64,000 nucleotides of DNA. Origin: a virus. The notes below the pieces were generated by a model that was given only the letters and a program-made list of their open reading frames with translations, ran no database searches and had not been told where the DNA came from. Below are positions 39,778 through 49,358 of this stretch, piece by piece. The DNA lies in the IMG/VR virus record IMGVR_UViG_3300020185_000041, positions 4,876 through 68,875 of that record. One strand, given 5' to 3'. The position numbers and the translations under genes are program-made. Position 1 is the stretch's first letter. Each line of letters begins with the position of its first letter.

Positions 39778-40457
39778 TGAGCGATTCAATTGAAGCCGCG
39801 GCTAAGCCGTCAAAATATAAAGCCTACTGTTTTACCGAACGGAGTAGTTCACTCGCAGGGCCATTCCCGCTAGATGTAACCGCTCTCGCTATCAAGGACA
39901 ACTCATCAGAGGTTTACTGTATTTCAGAGGAGAAAGAGATTCTTAAATCTGATCTCTTAGATTTAAACGATCCGGTATTTCAAAAAGTATCAGACCCTAT
40001 AGATACAACCGCTAATTTTGATCCTTATACACAGACAGGAATTGTAGCCAATAAAGATGGCTCGTTTTTATACCGTGGAAAATATCTACCCAGTCCATTT
40101 ACAGATGCAAGCGTAGGGAAGGGCACCATATCGGATCCTTTATGGTTTAAAGACTGCTACCTTTCGATCGCAGAAACAAACTGGATGCATTTCGGATCTG
40201 AATCAGCGGAGAAAGAGGTTTATCGAATAGACCTTTCGTTCCATACAAATTCAATCGGACATGCTTGGCTATATATTCAAAACGATTCAGGTAAAGTATC
40301 CGGGCAGTACAAAGGACCGATCAAAGAGATCGTAAAAGTATTTACCAATCTGCGCGGTCGAAGATTTAAACTTAAACTATTTGTAGCAACCCATGAAAAT
40401 TATCCATGGGCGATGCGCGAAATGGCAGTTGGTTACAACATAGGAAAATCGTTCTAG
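39777..40457 (+). CDS. Probable C-terminal part of the nozzle-like protein
   Basis: ETNWMHFG...K..YRIDL...RGRRFKLKL......W......VGY ending is typical of nozzle C-termini. Confidence 0.6.
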   Translation: MSDSIEAAAKPSKYKAYCFTERSSSLAGPFPLDVTALAIKDNSSEVYCISEEKEILKSDLLDLNDPVFQKVSDPIDTTANFDPYTQTGIVANKDGSFLYRGKYLPSPFTDASVGKGTISDPLWFKDCYLSIAETNWMHFGSESAEKEVYRIDLSFHTNSIGHAWLYIQNDSGKVSGQYKGPIKEIVKVFTNLRGRRFKLKLFVATHENYPWAMREMAVGYNIGKSF

Positions 40458-40459
40458 CG

Positions 40460-40588
40460 ATGCACAATGTCCAACGCGAGATCTATTGGATTGTCGTGAT
40501 GGTCATGTTCTTCCTGGAGCGCGAAGCAATCCTAGACATTATGTTCATGCTCATAAAGCTGGCCATAATTTGGTCAGGCAGCCCATAA
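40460..40588 (+). CDS. Small membrane protein
   Basis: 42 aa, hydrophobic. Confidence 0.45.
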   Translation: MHNVQREIYWIVVMVMFFLEREAILDIMFMLIKLAIIWSGSP

Positions 40589-41737
40589 CGCTTTGATCTT
40601 ATCGTTAGCCATGACATCGGCGTAACTATCGTTAGTCGTACTTGCATCTGCATGTCTCAGGAACTTTTGAGATATGTAAATTCCTTCAGTCGTAGCTATA
40701 TAAGATCCAAACAATTTTCTTAATTCGTGCAATGGACTGGATCGCTCCCACCCAATTGATCGAAGCTTTTTAATTAAATCGTCAAAGAGTACCCGTCCAT
40801 AATCCGCTCGGGTATCAATTAATAAATCATCGCCCGACGCTTTATTCAAAATCGATTTAGCGATCACCTTGCTGCCAAGAGTAAAACCTTCATGCCCACC
40901 TTTCGGCCTGAAATCTCTATCCGCAGCCACAGTAATGCGAGCCCGATCACCGTCTAAATCAAACCATTCTCTACGACAATGAAATGCTTCGTTTCTACGC
41001 AACCCGAAATGTAAGCTCAATCCAAGCATCGTAAATATGTCGCCCTCTGACTCAGAAAATAGAGTAAATGTTTTTTCAATCAGATCTTCAGCTGGTAGAT
41101 GGTACTGCTTTTTTAGTTTCTTGTAGAACTCTTCAGATCTAATCGCTTCAACGAATGCCATATCATAATCTTTGAATATACGAGGCCGGGCAAAGATAGC
41201 CTTAACCTGACGCATGAGACTGTTGACCGTTCGCTTACGACTTGCGATCTTTGACTCATCCCTAATGCCCGAAAGCGCTTGGTTTTTATATTCTCGGATA
41301 AAATCCTCGTCGATTAGAGACAGATCAAAACTGTCGTCCGGAACTTTTCCGATGACTTGTTTAATCAACCGAGTAATCGCCTGTCTATATCCGGTCAATG
41401 TCGTATCGGTAATTCCTGCGGACACTTGATTCATTTCTAAGGCCTCAAGACATTGGCCTAAGGTCGGAGGTTTAGGCTTGGTCAATGCGAATGCTTTTTT
41501 ATTATACATCTCTTGAACCTCACGGAATGGGTGAAGGATCAAATGTGCTCGTATTTGATCTGCCAGATCGAGCGCTTTTGATTTGTCCAAACCGAGCGGG
41601 AAGTATCTGGATTTTCCAGCTACCTGGGCTTTATAATTCCACCCTCCGTTTTGGCTGCGTTTATATATTCGAGTGCCGGTTTTAGATTTGGCTCTCAGTG
41701 ATGTACCTGATTTGTACCTGCGTGGTGTGTGATTCAT
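40574..41737 (-). CDS. int: Tyrosine integrase
   Basis: Catalytic set GLRRNE (R), PKGG (K), LHELRK (HxxR), LRH, DSY (Y); N-terminal arm-binding-like beta domain. Confidence 0.93.
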   Translation of the reverse strand: MNHTPRRYKSGTSLRAKSKTGTRIYKRSQNGGWNYKAQVAGKSRYFPLGLDKSKALDLADQIRAHLILHPFREVQEMYNKKAFALTKPKPPTLGQCLEALEMNQVSAGITDTTLTGYRQAITRLIKQVIGKVPDDSFDLSLIDEDFIREYKNQALSGIRDESKIASRKRTVNSLMRQVKAIFARPRIFKDYDMAFVEAIRSEEFYKKLKKQYHLPAEDLIEKTFTLFSESEGDIFTMLGLSLHFGLRRNEAFHCRREWFDLDGDRARITVAADRDFRPKGGHEGFTLGSKVIAKSILNKASGDDLLIDTRADYGRVLFDDLIKKLRSIGWERSSPLHELRKLFGSYIATTEGIYISQKFLRHADASTTNDSYADVMANDKIKALWAA

Positions 41738-41938
41738 ATCACTACATTTTGTGTATTCTCTCATTTTGTCTAGGGTTTTTGCATAAACACCCTACAACTA
41801 GTGCTTTATATCAAATTTTGAATCCAGCGCGTCTACCAATTCCGCCATCCGGGCAAGTTGTTGATATTCAGCAAGTTGACAATGGTGTGTTGCAATGTTA
41901 TACTGTTAAAAATGGCAATATGTACCTGATTTGTACCT
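41701..41938. mobile_element. attP: attP region: tRNA-Leu core, 19-bp arm-type repeats, IHF-type site
   Basis: ATGTACCTGATTTGTACCT at 41701-41719 and 41920-41938; WATCAANNNNTTR match (minus strand) at 41854-41866. Confidence 0.82.
41815..41854 (-). other. 5' half of tRNA-Leu(CAA) (attP core)
   Basis: GCCCGGATGGCGGAATTGGTAGACGCGCTGGATTCAAAAT; tRNA similarity ends just after the anticodon loop. Confidence 0.85.
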
Positions 41939-41961
41939 ACTGCAACAAAAATGGAGGGATT

Positions 41962-42240
41962 ATGAAGGATTGGTTAGAAGCTCAAAAGGCTAGTGAAAAT
42001 GATATGTTAAACGCTGTATCTTTGCAGGCAAAAGAAATTGCTGAGGAGTTAATTCCACAGGTTCGATTGTGTGCATTAGAGAATGAAATGACTGCCGATA
42101 TTATTTTTCGGGTGCATTTCGAATTCGATAAGGCGAGCACTGATATCTGGTCGGAAGGAGTTGTTGAATTCCCCGCCAAACAATCGGTATCTACAGCTTT
42201 TAGAATCGATGCCGAAAAAGAAGAAGCAGAAAAGTCCTGA
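41962..42240 (+). CDS. Hypothetical protein
   Basis: GGAGGG upstream of ATG 41962. Confidence 0.6.
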   Translation: MKDWLEAQKASENDMLNAVSLQAKEIAEELIPQVRLCALENEMTADIIFRVHFEFDKASTDIWSEGVVEFPAKQSVSTAFRIDAEKEEAEKS

Positions 42241-42520
42241 GCCAAGCAAGGTCCTAGAAAAACTAGGGCTTTCAGCAGATGAAGTTCGGGCGGCGTTTTC
42301 TTTAGAGACTCCAGAGTCTCAAAAGCCTAGGAAAAAAGGATACCTATTCCTGGCGGATCAAAAGAAAATGAAAAAGCGAATGCGGTTCTATTCAAATATG
42401 ATCTTCGCTCGATTCGAGGCCGGTCACAGTCCAACTATCATAGCAGGCATTCTCGGGGTCTCCGAGGAAACCGTGCGTGTCCGCTTGCGTCGTAACGGCT
42501 ATTTCTCCGTGCCCCGTTAA
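42209..42520 (+). CDS. HTH domain protein
   Basis: GHSPTIIAGILGVSEETVRVRL. Confidence 0.7.
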   Translation: MPKKKKQKSPEPSKVLEKLGLSADEVRAAFSLETPESQKPRKKGYLFLADQKKMKKRMRFYSNMIFARFEAGHSPTIIAGILGVSEETVRVRLRRNGYFSVPR

Positions 42521-42931
42521 TAAATCCCAACGATCGCGAAAGCGTTCGTACTGCCCAACAGAGTTTTCGGCAGTAGGGTAGAGCCACATGCTAACCGACT
42601 TAAGCTCGGGGCATGGAACGATGTACCAGATGTCAGGATCGACATGAGCTACAACAATATCGATGCGATCGCAATCGATCGCTTTCTTGCTGCTGTTCCC
42701 GGTGCCCGCGGTGATTTTATACCGAGCAGTCTTCCACTTTTTAACAGGTGTCTTAGTTCCTTTAATCTGAACCCGCAGAACTTCGTTTGCGTGATTCATG
42801 ACAAGCATGTCCTGAGGCAACCCTTCCTCGATCGGACTAAAAGCGTGAAGCCCGTGCTCAAGACATTTGAGCACGAACCTCTGCTCGAACAAGGTGCCGA
42901 GCGCTTTCATTTCGGATTTAGCCATTTCCAA
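42392..42931 (-). CDS. PD-(D/E)XK endonuclease
   Basis: GTLFE..F; QDMLV; RVQIKGT; DIVVA...WYIVP. Confidence 0.8.
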   Translation of the reverse strand: MEMAKSEMKALGTLFEQRFVLKCLEHGLHAFSPIEEGLPQDMLVMNHANEVLRVQIKGTKTPVKKWKTARYKITAGTGNSSKKAIDCDRIDIVVAHVDPDIWYIVPCPELKSVSMWLYPTAENSVGQYERFRDRWDLLTGHGEIAVTTQADTHGFLGDPENACYDSWTVTGLESSEDHI

Positions 42932-45014
42932 AAATCTTCCAGCCGTATTGAACTTGATCGCTACGACCTACCCAATCAAAGCCTTTTGATGTCATGTGAC
43001 TCAACCCCCAGCCTAGCTTCTTCGGGTTGAGCTCCTTGAGAAGTACTCGATTATTTTCATTAGCCGATAGAACAACCATCAACTCGGAACAAGTACCTTC
43101 CCAGGCATCGTCCCCGAGCGTTGCTCTGAACATAGCCAGAATCTCGATGATGTGGCTGTAGCGACTATCGGCCTTCGCAATCGCTTCAAGGCCCGGATTG
43201 ATGTATGCTTGGACTCCAAACCGTACGTCAAAGCGCTCTTGTGGAATCTCGTAGTCCAAAAGCCAACGGGCAAAGGCCGGAAGCTCTTTGGATATGACAT
43301 CCTTAATACCGGGAAAGAAATCATACCCGTCACGGCATTTGAAGACCATGAGTTTGTCCTTAATGCTCATGTCCAAATCAGGGAGAAGGCGCATCGATAC
43401 CGGGTCATCATTCAGTGTGCAGCTAATCCGTCCGCGCCAAAATACACGACCCGACTTCTTGAACTTACCATTGATCAGAAAGGTGTCATTCGCGATGTGC
43501 TCCTTGAGCTTTGCTGTAAAAGCTGTGTGCATCGCATTACTCGCGCTCGGAGCCTCGTCGTCAACGAGCCAAGCACCATACTCAAACAAATGCTCAGTCC
43601 ATTCTGATTTACCGGTTAAATAATCTGATGCCTTGATCCCGCCACCAAATAACTTTCCAAGAACCTGCGTATTGAAAAATGTTTTTCCGCAGTTCGGAGG
43701 ACCAACAAGGAAGTGTGCATGCCCACGCTTAGGCTTTCCAGCGTGAGCGTTCGAATAAGAATAGGCTAACCAATCCAATTCATGATTAATCTGCTCCTCA
43801 CCTAGCATGTAATTCATCCACTTCCAGATCTCGGGGAAATCCTTTTCGGGAGTAACCTCAAAATCGGTTGGGGTAATAGGTTGTACCCTTGCCGTGTTGA
43901 AATACCTACGGTTTTCATGAGTTACAATCGGGCTCTTAATAAAACAAAAAGGAAGACCCGCCTCTACTCGTTTGCCAGTAATGATTGAGTGCAATGCTCG
44001 CTTGCTCTCGGATACATTCTCGCTCCGTCCAGGTCGTGAGCTAAGATCGTTTCGACATTGGAGGTCTAGAAGACATTCTTCCTTATTATTTACAAAGAAT
44101 CCACCAGACCCGTCCTGAACATAATAGTTTTTTCCATCGAACCAATAGCCATCAATCGCTTTACCAATCCGTCCAACTTCAAACTGACGGACAAATGCAG
44201 GGCTCAGAACCTCGCTCCATGTATAGAAACCTTTCGCCATGTTGAACACTTGCATGCCTGTATCGCGCACGATCGCAGAATTAGTAGTCTTGTGCTGTCC
44301 GCCCGGATCCCAAAAGGTGGGTCCGCGAGAGCCTTCCACAAATTCTCCAGGCCATTGATGATCAGGCCAAGCCCGCTCGACCTCTTCGAATACGGTGTTC
44401 AATGGAATCTCAGGACCTTGTCCACGAAAGTCAGCGGATTTAGATGTTTCATACTGCCAGAAATGTAGCATGTCTGCACTGATCCGTGACTTCGGACTGA
44501 CAGGTCTCCAATCTCCACCATGCAGAAGATAATGCTGCTTCTCAAAGTTTCCTAGATCAAAGCCCCGAGCAATCGCGTCCCGTCCCTCAAGCTTCAGTTC
44601 TTTGGCCAAACGCTTCAGGAATCGTGTATTGCTCTGAGATCCATGCATGAACAAGGGGGACTCGAAAAACCAAACCGCATGAATTCCACCCGAATAGCTT
44701 CGGCTGATATAATTGACTGGATATTCATGATCGATCAATCGACGGACAATCTCTTCAAACTGTTCATCCGTAAATCTAGCATCCCAATCGGCTGATACCC
44801 CGTGCAAAAATCTGACCGGGTTATTGCTCGATACTCGCTGGTTAGGGTCAATCCCTTCACAGGTACTATAAGCTAGATACCTTGTGCTCGGCCTGGCCGC
44901 CCATTGTTTATATTCGTTGCTATCCCTAAATTCTGGGAGCTCAAAATCAACCTCCCATGGTTTGCGCTTTGATACTTGGCTAGCGCTTAAATTAGGTATT
45001 GTAAATAAGTCCAT
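42918..45014 (-). CDS. Primase-helicase (SF3/D5-like C-terminal NTPase)
   Basis: ADWD and SYSGGIHAVW primase-like motifs; GPPNCGKT Walker A; VDDE Walker B. Confidence 0.85.
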   Translation of the reverse strand: MDLFTIPNLSASQVSKRKPWEVDFELPEFRDSNEYKQWAARPSTRYLAYSTCEGIDPNQRVSSNNPVRFLHGVSADWDARFTDEQFEEIVRRLIDHEYPVNYISRSYSGGIHAVWFFESPLFMHGSQSNTRFLKRLAKELKLEGRDAIARGFDLGNFEKQHYLLHGGDWRPVSPKSRISADMLHFWQYETSKSADFRGQGPEIPLNTVFEEVERAWPDHQWPGEFVEGSRGPTFWDPGGQHKTTNSAIVRDTGMQVFNMAKGFYTWSEVLSPAFVRQFEVGRIGKAIDGYWFDGKNYYVQDGSGGFFVNNKEECLLDLQCRNDLSSRPGRSENVSESKRALHSIITGKRVEAGLPFCFIKSPIVTHENRRYFNTARVQPITPTDFEVTPEKDFPEIWKWMNYMLGEEQINHELDWLAYSYSNAHAGKPKRGHAHFLVGPPNCGKTFFNTQVLGKLFGGGIKASDYLTGKSEWTEHLFEYGAWLVDDEAPSASNAMHTAFTAKLKEHIANDTFLINGKFKKSGRVFWRGRISCTLNDDPVSMRLLPDLDMSIKDKLMVFKCRDGYDFFPGIKDVISKELPAFARWLLDYEIPQERFDVRFGVQAYINPGLEAIAKADSRYSHIIEILAMFRATLGDDAWEGTCSELMVVLSANENNRVLLKELNPKKLGWGLSHMTSKGFDWVGRSDQVQYGWKIFGNG

Positions 45015-45540
45015 ATGTTTCCACCTCTTCGATTTTGCTGTCTACTTCCAATTCTAGATCGGTCTCGTAGCAGCTTAAGTTATTAATTGTTCCGTGTATA
45101 AAATTCTCAGACACTCCCGCCTCGGATATGTGAGTATCATTGTTCTCGTCTAGTTTAGTCCGCCTGACTTCAAGAATTGTACCGCCGATCTCTCGTATGA
45201 ACTCAGCCTCATTATCGAAGCGTACATCATCGATCACCGTTTTTACATGCGGGTTTATCCGTCTTCTCATCGCGGTAATCCACACATCCTGAGCAATCAT
45301 ATTCCTCGCAAATTCAGTACCTAGAAGTTGCATGATTTCGCGTGGGCTCTTCCCATACTCATCAAGCTTGATTTCTTTTAATACCGGATCATTAAGCTCA
45401 GAATCACGAAGACCCATAGCTCGAAGCATGTCTTTAATAGGACTTGCAAAGCTAAGAACTTCGTATCCGTATTTGCGTTCAAGTATTCGTGCGACAGAAC
45501 TTTTTCCGCACCCTTTTCCACCAGCTAACCCTATAATCAT
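44992..45540 (-). CDS. Deoxynucleoside monophosphate kinase
   Basis: IIGLAGGKGCGKS, SFASPIK, PREIMQLLGTE, DDVRFDNE, HISE. Confidence 0.92.
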   Translation of the reverse strand: MIIGLAGGKGCGKSSVARILERKYGYEVLSFASPIKDMLRAMGLRDSELNDPVLKEIKLDEYGKSPREIMQLLGTEFARNMIAQDVWITAMRRRINPHVKTVIDDVRFDNEAEFIREIGGTILEVRRTKLDENNDTHISEAGVSENFIHGTINNLSCYETDLELEVDSKIEEVETYGLIYNT

Positions 45541-47438
45541 TTCGTGTACTCCTTTGAGATGATCGCATCGCTGCTGAGTGGTACATCTTTCATCCACTCC
45601 GGCCCGGTCATCATGATTTTTTGAATTTCGTTTTTTATCTCCTCAGCGTTCTCCTCTTCTACCTCAACGACGACTTCATCATGAACATGCAAAACAACGT
45701 CATACCCACCATCGTAGAGATTTTTTAGAATGAACCCGAAGCAGTCCCTCGCAAGCGCTTGGACAGAATTTTGAAACAAGTTAGCACCGTACATTTTTGT
45801 CCGTCTGATGCTTCCCTTCTGAGTTGCACAGGTAACTCCGTCCGGTTCATGACGACAGCGGAAATAATTTAATGTCCGTCCGCTCGGGATTTCTATTTTA
45901 AAATCATCACCTTCATTAGCAGAGGTCTTCAGACGCTTATCTAAATTCTTCCAAGAGGATGTAATCTTTGGGTTTTTGTCCCGGAAATCTTGAACCTGAA
46001 TGTATGCATTAACCCATTGGCGACGCTCGTCTGCACTTAAGTTAGAATAGGCCGAGAACTTACCCGGCTGATACTTCTTGGCAAATTCCTGGAATCTTAA
46101 TTCGTCCTGACGGCTGAAGCTGGAATCTAGAATCTGGGTCTGTCCATATGCCTTAACTGTCTCGGCAAATTTAAACCATCCACTCCCGTATCCAAGTTGA
46201 AGAACACGAACCTTAGCCAAAAGATAGAGCTCGGGATCTTCATCCTTTAATTTTCCACCAGTCCATCCCATTGTCTGACGAGCGTGCGCTTCATACGGGC
46301 TCATGCCTTTGGACACGAGCTCAAGGAAATCATCATCGCCAGCGAGGAATGCAGTCAATCTCGGCTCGATTTGAGATAAATCAGATATGACTAAGGTCTT
46401 TCCTTTGGCCGGGGATACGACATTACGAATGTTAACTCCGTATTTAGTATCCCGTGGCATATTCTGTACATTGAAGCCGGCGTCACCTGACCATCTTCCG
46501 GTAGCATCTGCTCCGAAATATTTCAGATTGTAACTCATGCGACCTTCGTCAGTTAATCTATCCTTAACAGATTTGGTCCTCTGCAAGTGCATGTTTATGC
46601 GATTATAATTTTGCATGGCGGATACAAAGGTGAGCTTGTCTCCATGCTCTTTGATCCAATCGGCTAGCTCTTCGCTGTCCTTGGCGAGGCTCTTAGGAGG
46701 TTCTACACCAGCCTTGCGGCACTCAATTGCCATAGCTTTCTTAGAATAGACAACATACTCCTTCTTGGTATCCGGATCGATCTCTCCATACCATGGAAGA
46801 CTGGTCTTAGCCTCGAATAAATGTCCTTCTAATTTATCTACTCCGTCTTCTACCTTTCGTAGATCAACAGGCAATCCGCGATAAGCCATTGTCCGTGTTT
46901 GATGGGACAACAGTCTTTCGGTCTCAGGCCAAAGGGGCCAAAGCTTTTCCCAGATTTGATATGTGTATTTCGCATCGTCCAGGGCGTACTGAAGGACAGC
47001 TTTGCTTTCATCCATGGCAATCATGTCATCCCATGTCTTACCCTTCATGTTATTGCGGACCTCTTTGTCCATGGATACGCCAAGGATTTCCTTAGCCGAG
47101 CCCTTTAGGTTTCTTTGATATTGAAAATATACGCACATATCTGCCGTGCAGACCCATGAAACATCAATGTCGGGTATGATCCCGAGCTCCTGGCAACGCT
47201 CAAAACAGCGCTGATCGAATGATGCGTTGTGTGCGATAAAAGTATAGCCTTCGAATTTCTTCCAATCCTTAAATTCATCGGTTCGCCCGACATAACTATG
47301 TTCGGGGCTCCATATTGAAACTAGATAGGCATCGAATTCTGGGTGATGCACGTACTGGTAGGTGCTACTACCTTGGATGCTATAGTCCTTCGAATAAAAG
47401 GTTTCAAAGTCTAATGCTGCAAATTTTTGTTTACTCAT
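45537..47438 (-). CDS. polA: DNA polymerase family A with 3'-5' exonuclease
   Basis: LDFET, AHNASFD, YALDD, TGRWS, DLSQIEPR, K...LQLGYG, VHDE. Confidence 0.93.
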   Translation of the reverse strand: MSKQKFAALDFETFYSKDYSIQGSSTYQYVHHPEFDAYLVSIWSPEHSYVGRTDEFKDWKKFEGYTFIAHNASFDQRCFERCQELGIIPDIDVSWVCTADMCVYFQYQRNLKGSAKEILGVSMDKEVRNNMKGKTWDDMIAMDESKAVLQYALDDAKYTYQIWEKLWPLWPETERLLSHQTRTMAYRGLPVDLRKVEDGVDKLEGHLFEAKTSLPWYGEIDPDTKKEYVVYSKKAMAIECRKAGVEPPKSLAKDSEELADWIKEHGDKLTFVSAMQNYNRINMHLQRTKSVKDRLTDEGRMSYNLKYFGADATGRWSGDAGFNVQNMPRDTKYGVNIRNVVSPAKGKTLVISDLSQIEPRLTAFLAGDDDFLELVSKGMSPYEAHARQTMGWTGGKLKDEDPELYLLAKVRVLQLGYGSGWFKFAETVKAYGQTQILDSSFSRQDELRFQEFAKKYQPGKFSAYSNLSADERRQWVNAYIQVQDFRDKNPKITSSWKNLDKRLKTSANEGDDFKIEIPSGRTLNYFRCRHEPDGVTCATQKGSIRRTKMYGANLFQNSVQALARDCFGFILKNLYDGGYDVVLHVHDEVVVEVEEENAEEIKNEIQKIMMTGPEWMKDVPLSSDAIISKEYTK

Positions 47439-47544
47439 TTGTGGTGTGATTTGGTGTGTGGTTAAAAGCTCCGCGGTGTGGGAGGGCAGGGGATTGCCCC
47501 GCCCTCCGTATTCTCACACCACATGAGATTAGCTGTCCTATGAA

Positions 47545-48261
47545 TCAGCTAAAATCCTTGAGCCATTCGACGAACTTTTTGTCGTGTCTAGATCCCTTGC
47601 GAAGCTTAGGAGCATGGACGACATTGTTCCCGGCTTTTACCTTTTGAGTAGTAAGCTGGAACGATCCGACATTGATGCCGTCACGATAATACATTTTCGC
47701 AGCCGTAAAGATAGGTACCGCAGCATGCTTATATGCAGTTCCTTTAATTCTCCAGATTGCGAAGGCATAATTATTCCCGTCGAATTCGAATGGAAAGTTA
47801 GTTGGATCCTCGCCCTTAATGCAGACAAGTGCATCAGCGATTGGTTTCCAGCTCGCCGGTGTGCCATCCGCCCAGACGAAGGTAGCTTCCGGATCTGCTT
47901 CGAGTACCTCAGCCTTGCTGTTAAAGATCCGTGGAATCTCGCCGGAATCCCATTCGATATTCTCTTCGAACATCTTACCGATCCGGCAGACAGTAATCTC
48001 TACATCGCTCGTTCCATCACTAATATCGAACTCGCCATCGAGAACGATGGTTCCTTTCTTGAATGTCTCAGACAGCGCGCCAACACCCTGAGCAATTTGC
48101 AGCTTAGGAAAGCTGATATCGCTAGCATCGAAGTCACCCACCAATCCCGCGCCGGGCTGAATCGTCAATGATGCAGTAGGACTGCCCTCAATGATGTCAC
48201 CGCTCGCGTTTGTTAATGCAGTCTCTTCGGACTGCTTTTCTGATAATGCTGTTTTAGCCAT
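47545..48261 (-). CDS. Putative single-stranded DNA-binding protein
   Basis: DISFPKLQIAQ motif and position between nuclease and polymerase. Confidence 0.55.
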   Translation of the reverse strand: MAKTALSEKQSEETALTNASGDIIEGSPTASLTIQPGAGLVGDFDASDISFPKLQIAQGVGALSETFKKGTIVLDGEFDISDGTSDVEITVCRIGKMFEENIEWDSGEIPRIFNSKAEVLEADPEATFVWADGTPASWKPIADALVCIKGEDPTNFPFEFDGNNYAFAIWRIKGTAYKHAAVPIFTAAKMYYRDGINVGSFQLTTQKVKAGNNVVHAPKLRKGSRHDKKFVEWLKDFS

Positions 48262-48325
48262 TTTATATCTCCTTTTATTATTTGTTATTGTATTGTATGT
48301 GAAATGTTATACACGGAATTCAAAA

Positions 48326-49171
48326 CTAAAGGTTTCTACTTTTCCGTAAATATGGACTCCGATCCCGATCCTCTTCTGCTGGCAATATTCCTGACTCTTC
48401 AAGGCTCGATTCTATAGTGCCCCGAGCGGTCTTCTTTTCTCCGCGAGGTAATTTCTCTGAGTATTTCTTAGCAAGCTTCGGAAGGCTAATATCGCAAGCA
48501 TTCATGAATTCATCAGGGCTGAGCAAATGTTCAACCGCATCGTATGCACCTTGAGTATCTTCAATCTTCAAGCTAGCAGTTCGATAATGTAGATCGTACC
48601 CTGGAATCTCTTCACCCTGTTCGACCGCCAATTTTGTTGCCTGTTTCTTTGCAGCAGCCTGCCATTTATCCACAACCTGTGCGACATTGAGCATCTTGGC
48701 TAGGACGACAGGATTCTCAACATTTTCCGGGCTGTAACTATCCCATAGGCTCATCTCAAAGTCTTCAACACTCGCGCTATATTTCTTAGCCAATGGAAGC
48801 ATCTTTTCAGATAGGGCAGGGCATGAAAGTTTGTGCTTACAGTACCTACAACCTTCGGTATTAGGTATCGCTTCGGCGGTCTCAAGCTCGGCCTTTTCAA
48901 CTATCATGTTTATGCGCAGTCGAATATCTTCCATGTCCGAACGGCTATAATCATGAGTCAATACCTCATCACGGCGCGGTATTATAAAATGAACCGTAGC
49001 AGTCTGTAACTCTGGGAATTTATCCATGACCCCAAGAAGATACGCCTGCCCCTGTATGTTCACATCAGCATCGTCAATTTCTCCAACGCCGAATTTAAAA
49101 TCAACCAAGTCAACATGAGTACCTTTAATGATTACTCGATCAACTGTTCCAAATATCTTGTCGCTACTCAT
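48326..49171 (-). CDS. Cas4-like/DUF2800 PD-(D/E)XK exonuclease, C-terminal part
   Basis: FGTVD...DFKFG...Q..AY; CRYC.....CP; GEEIPGY; GGAGG upstream of ATG. Confidence 0.85.
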   Translation of the reverse strand: MSSDKIFGTVDRVIIKGTHVDLVDFKFGVGEIDDADVNIQGQAYLLGVMDKFPELQTATVHFIIPRRDEVLTHDYSRSDMEDIRLRINMIVEKAELETAEAIPNTEGCRYCKHKLSCPALSEKMLPLAKKYSASVEDFEMSLWDSYSPENVENPVVLAKMLNVAQVVDKWQAAAKKQATKLAVEQGEEIPGYDLHYRTASLKIEDTQGAYDAVEHLLSPDEFMNACDISLPKLAKKYSEKLPRGEKKTARGTIESSLEESGILPAEEDRDRSPYLRKSRNL

Positions 49172-49358
49172 ACCAAGCCTCCAGGTTATCTTTTAATAAT
49201 CTCATTAATTCTTTTTCCATTTTGAATGCGTACACAGGTAGCACATCGTCAGGAGTATTAATATAAAGCCCGTCAACGCGCCGTATAATCCCAGAAGCCA
49301 ACACAGGACTTCGATCAAAGAGAAGGACAAGTCGATATCCATCGTTACTCTCCTCCAT
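49164..49358 (-). CDS. Small ORF inserted between the two nuclease halves
   Basis: 64 aa, overlaps both neighbours. Confidence 0.6.
   Translation of the reverse strand: MEESNDGYRLVLLFDRSPVLASGIIRRVDGLYINTPDDVLPVYAFKMEKELMRLLKDNLEAWYE

Noticed and set aside
41815-41854. Functional third tRNA gene
   Set aside because: 3' anticodon stem, variable arm, T arm and acceptor 3' strand are absent; better explained as attP
41698-41961. N-terminal extension of ORF 41698..42240
   Set aside because: Runs across attP and its repeats; ATG 41962 has a clear SD
114-47438. Inteins or group I introns in terL, primase-helicase or polA
   Set aside because: Motif spacing and lengths look normal; no intein C/HN junction motifs or frame breaks were noticed
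49164-49358. T4 gene 60-style ribosomal hop as the explanation of the split nuclease
   Set aside because: No identical in-frame landing codon before the conserved FGTVD, and the downstream half has its own GGAGG and ATG; kept only as a minor alternative
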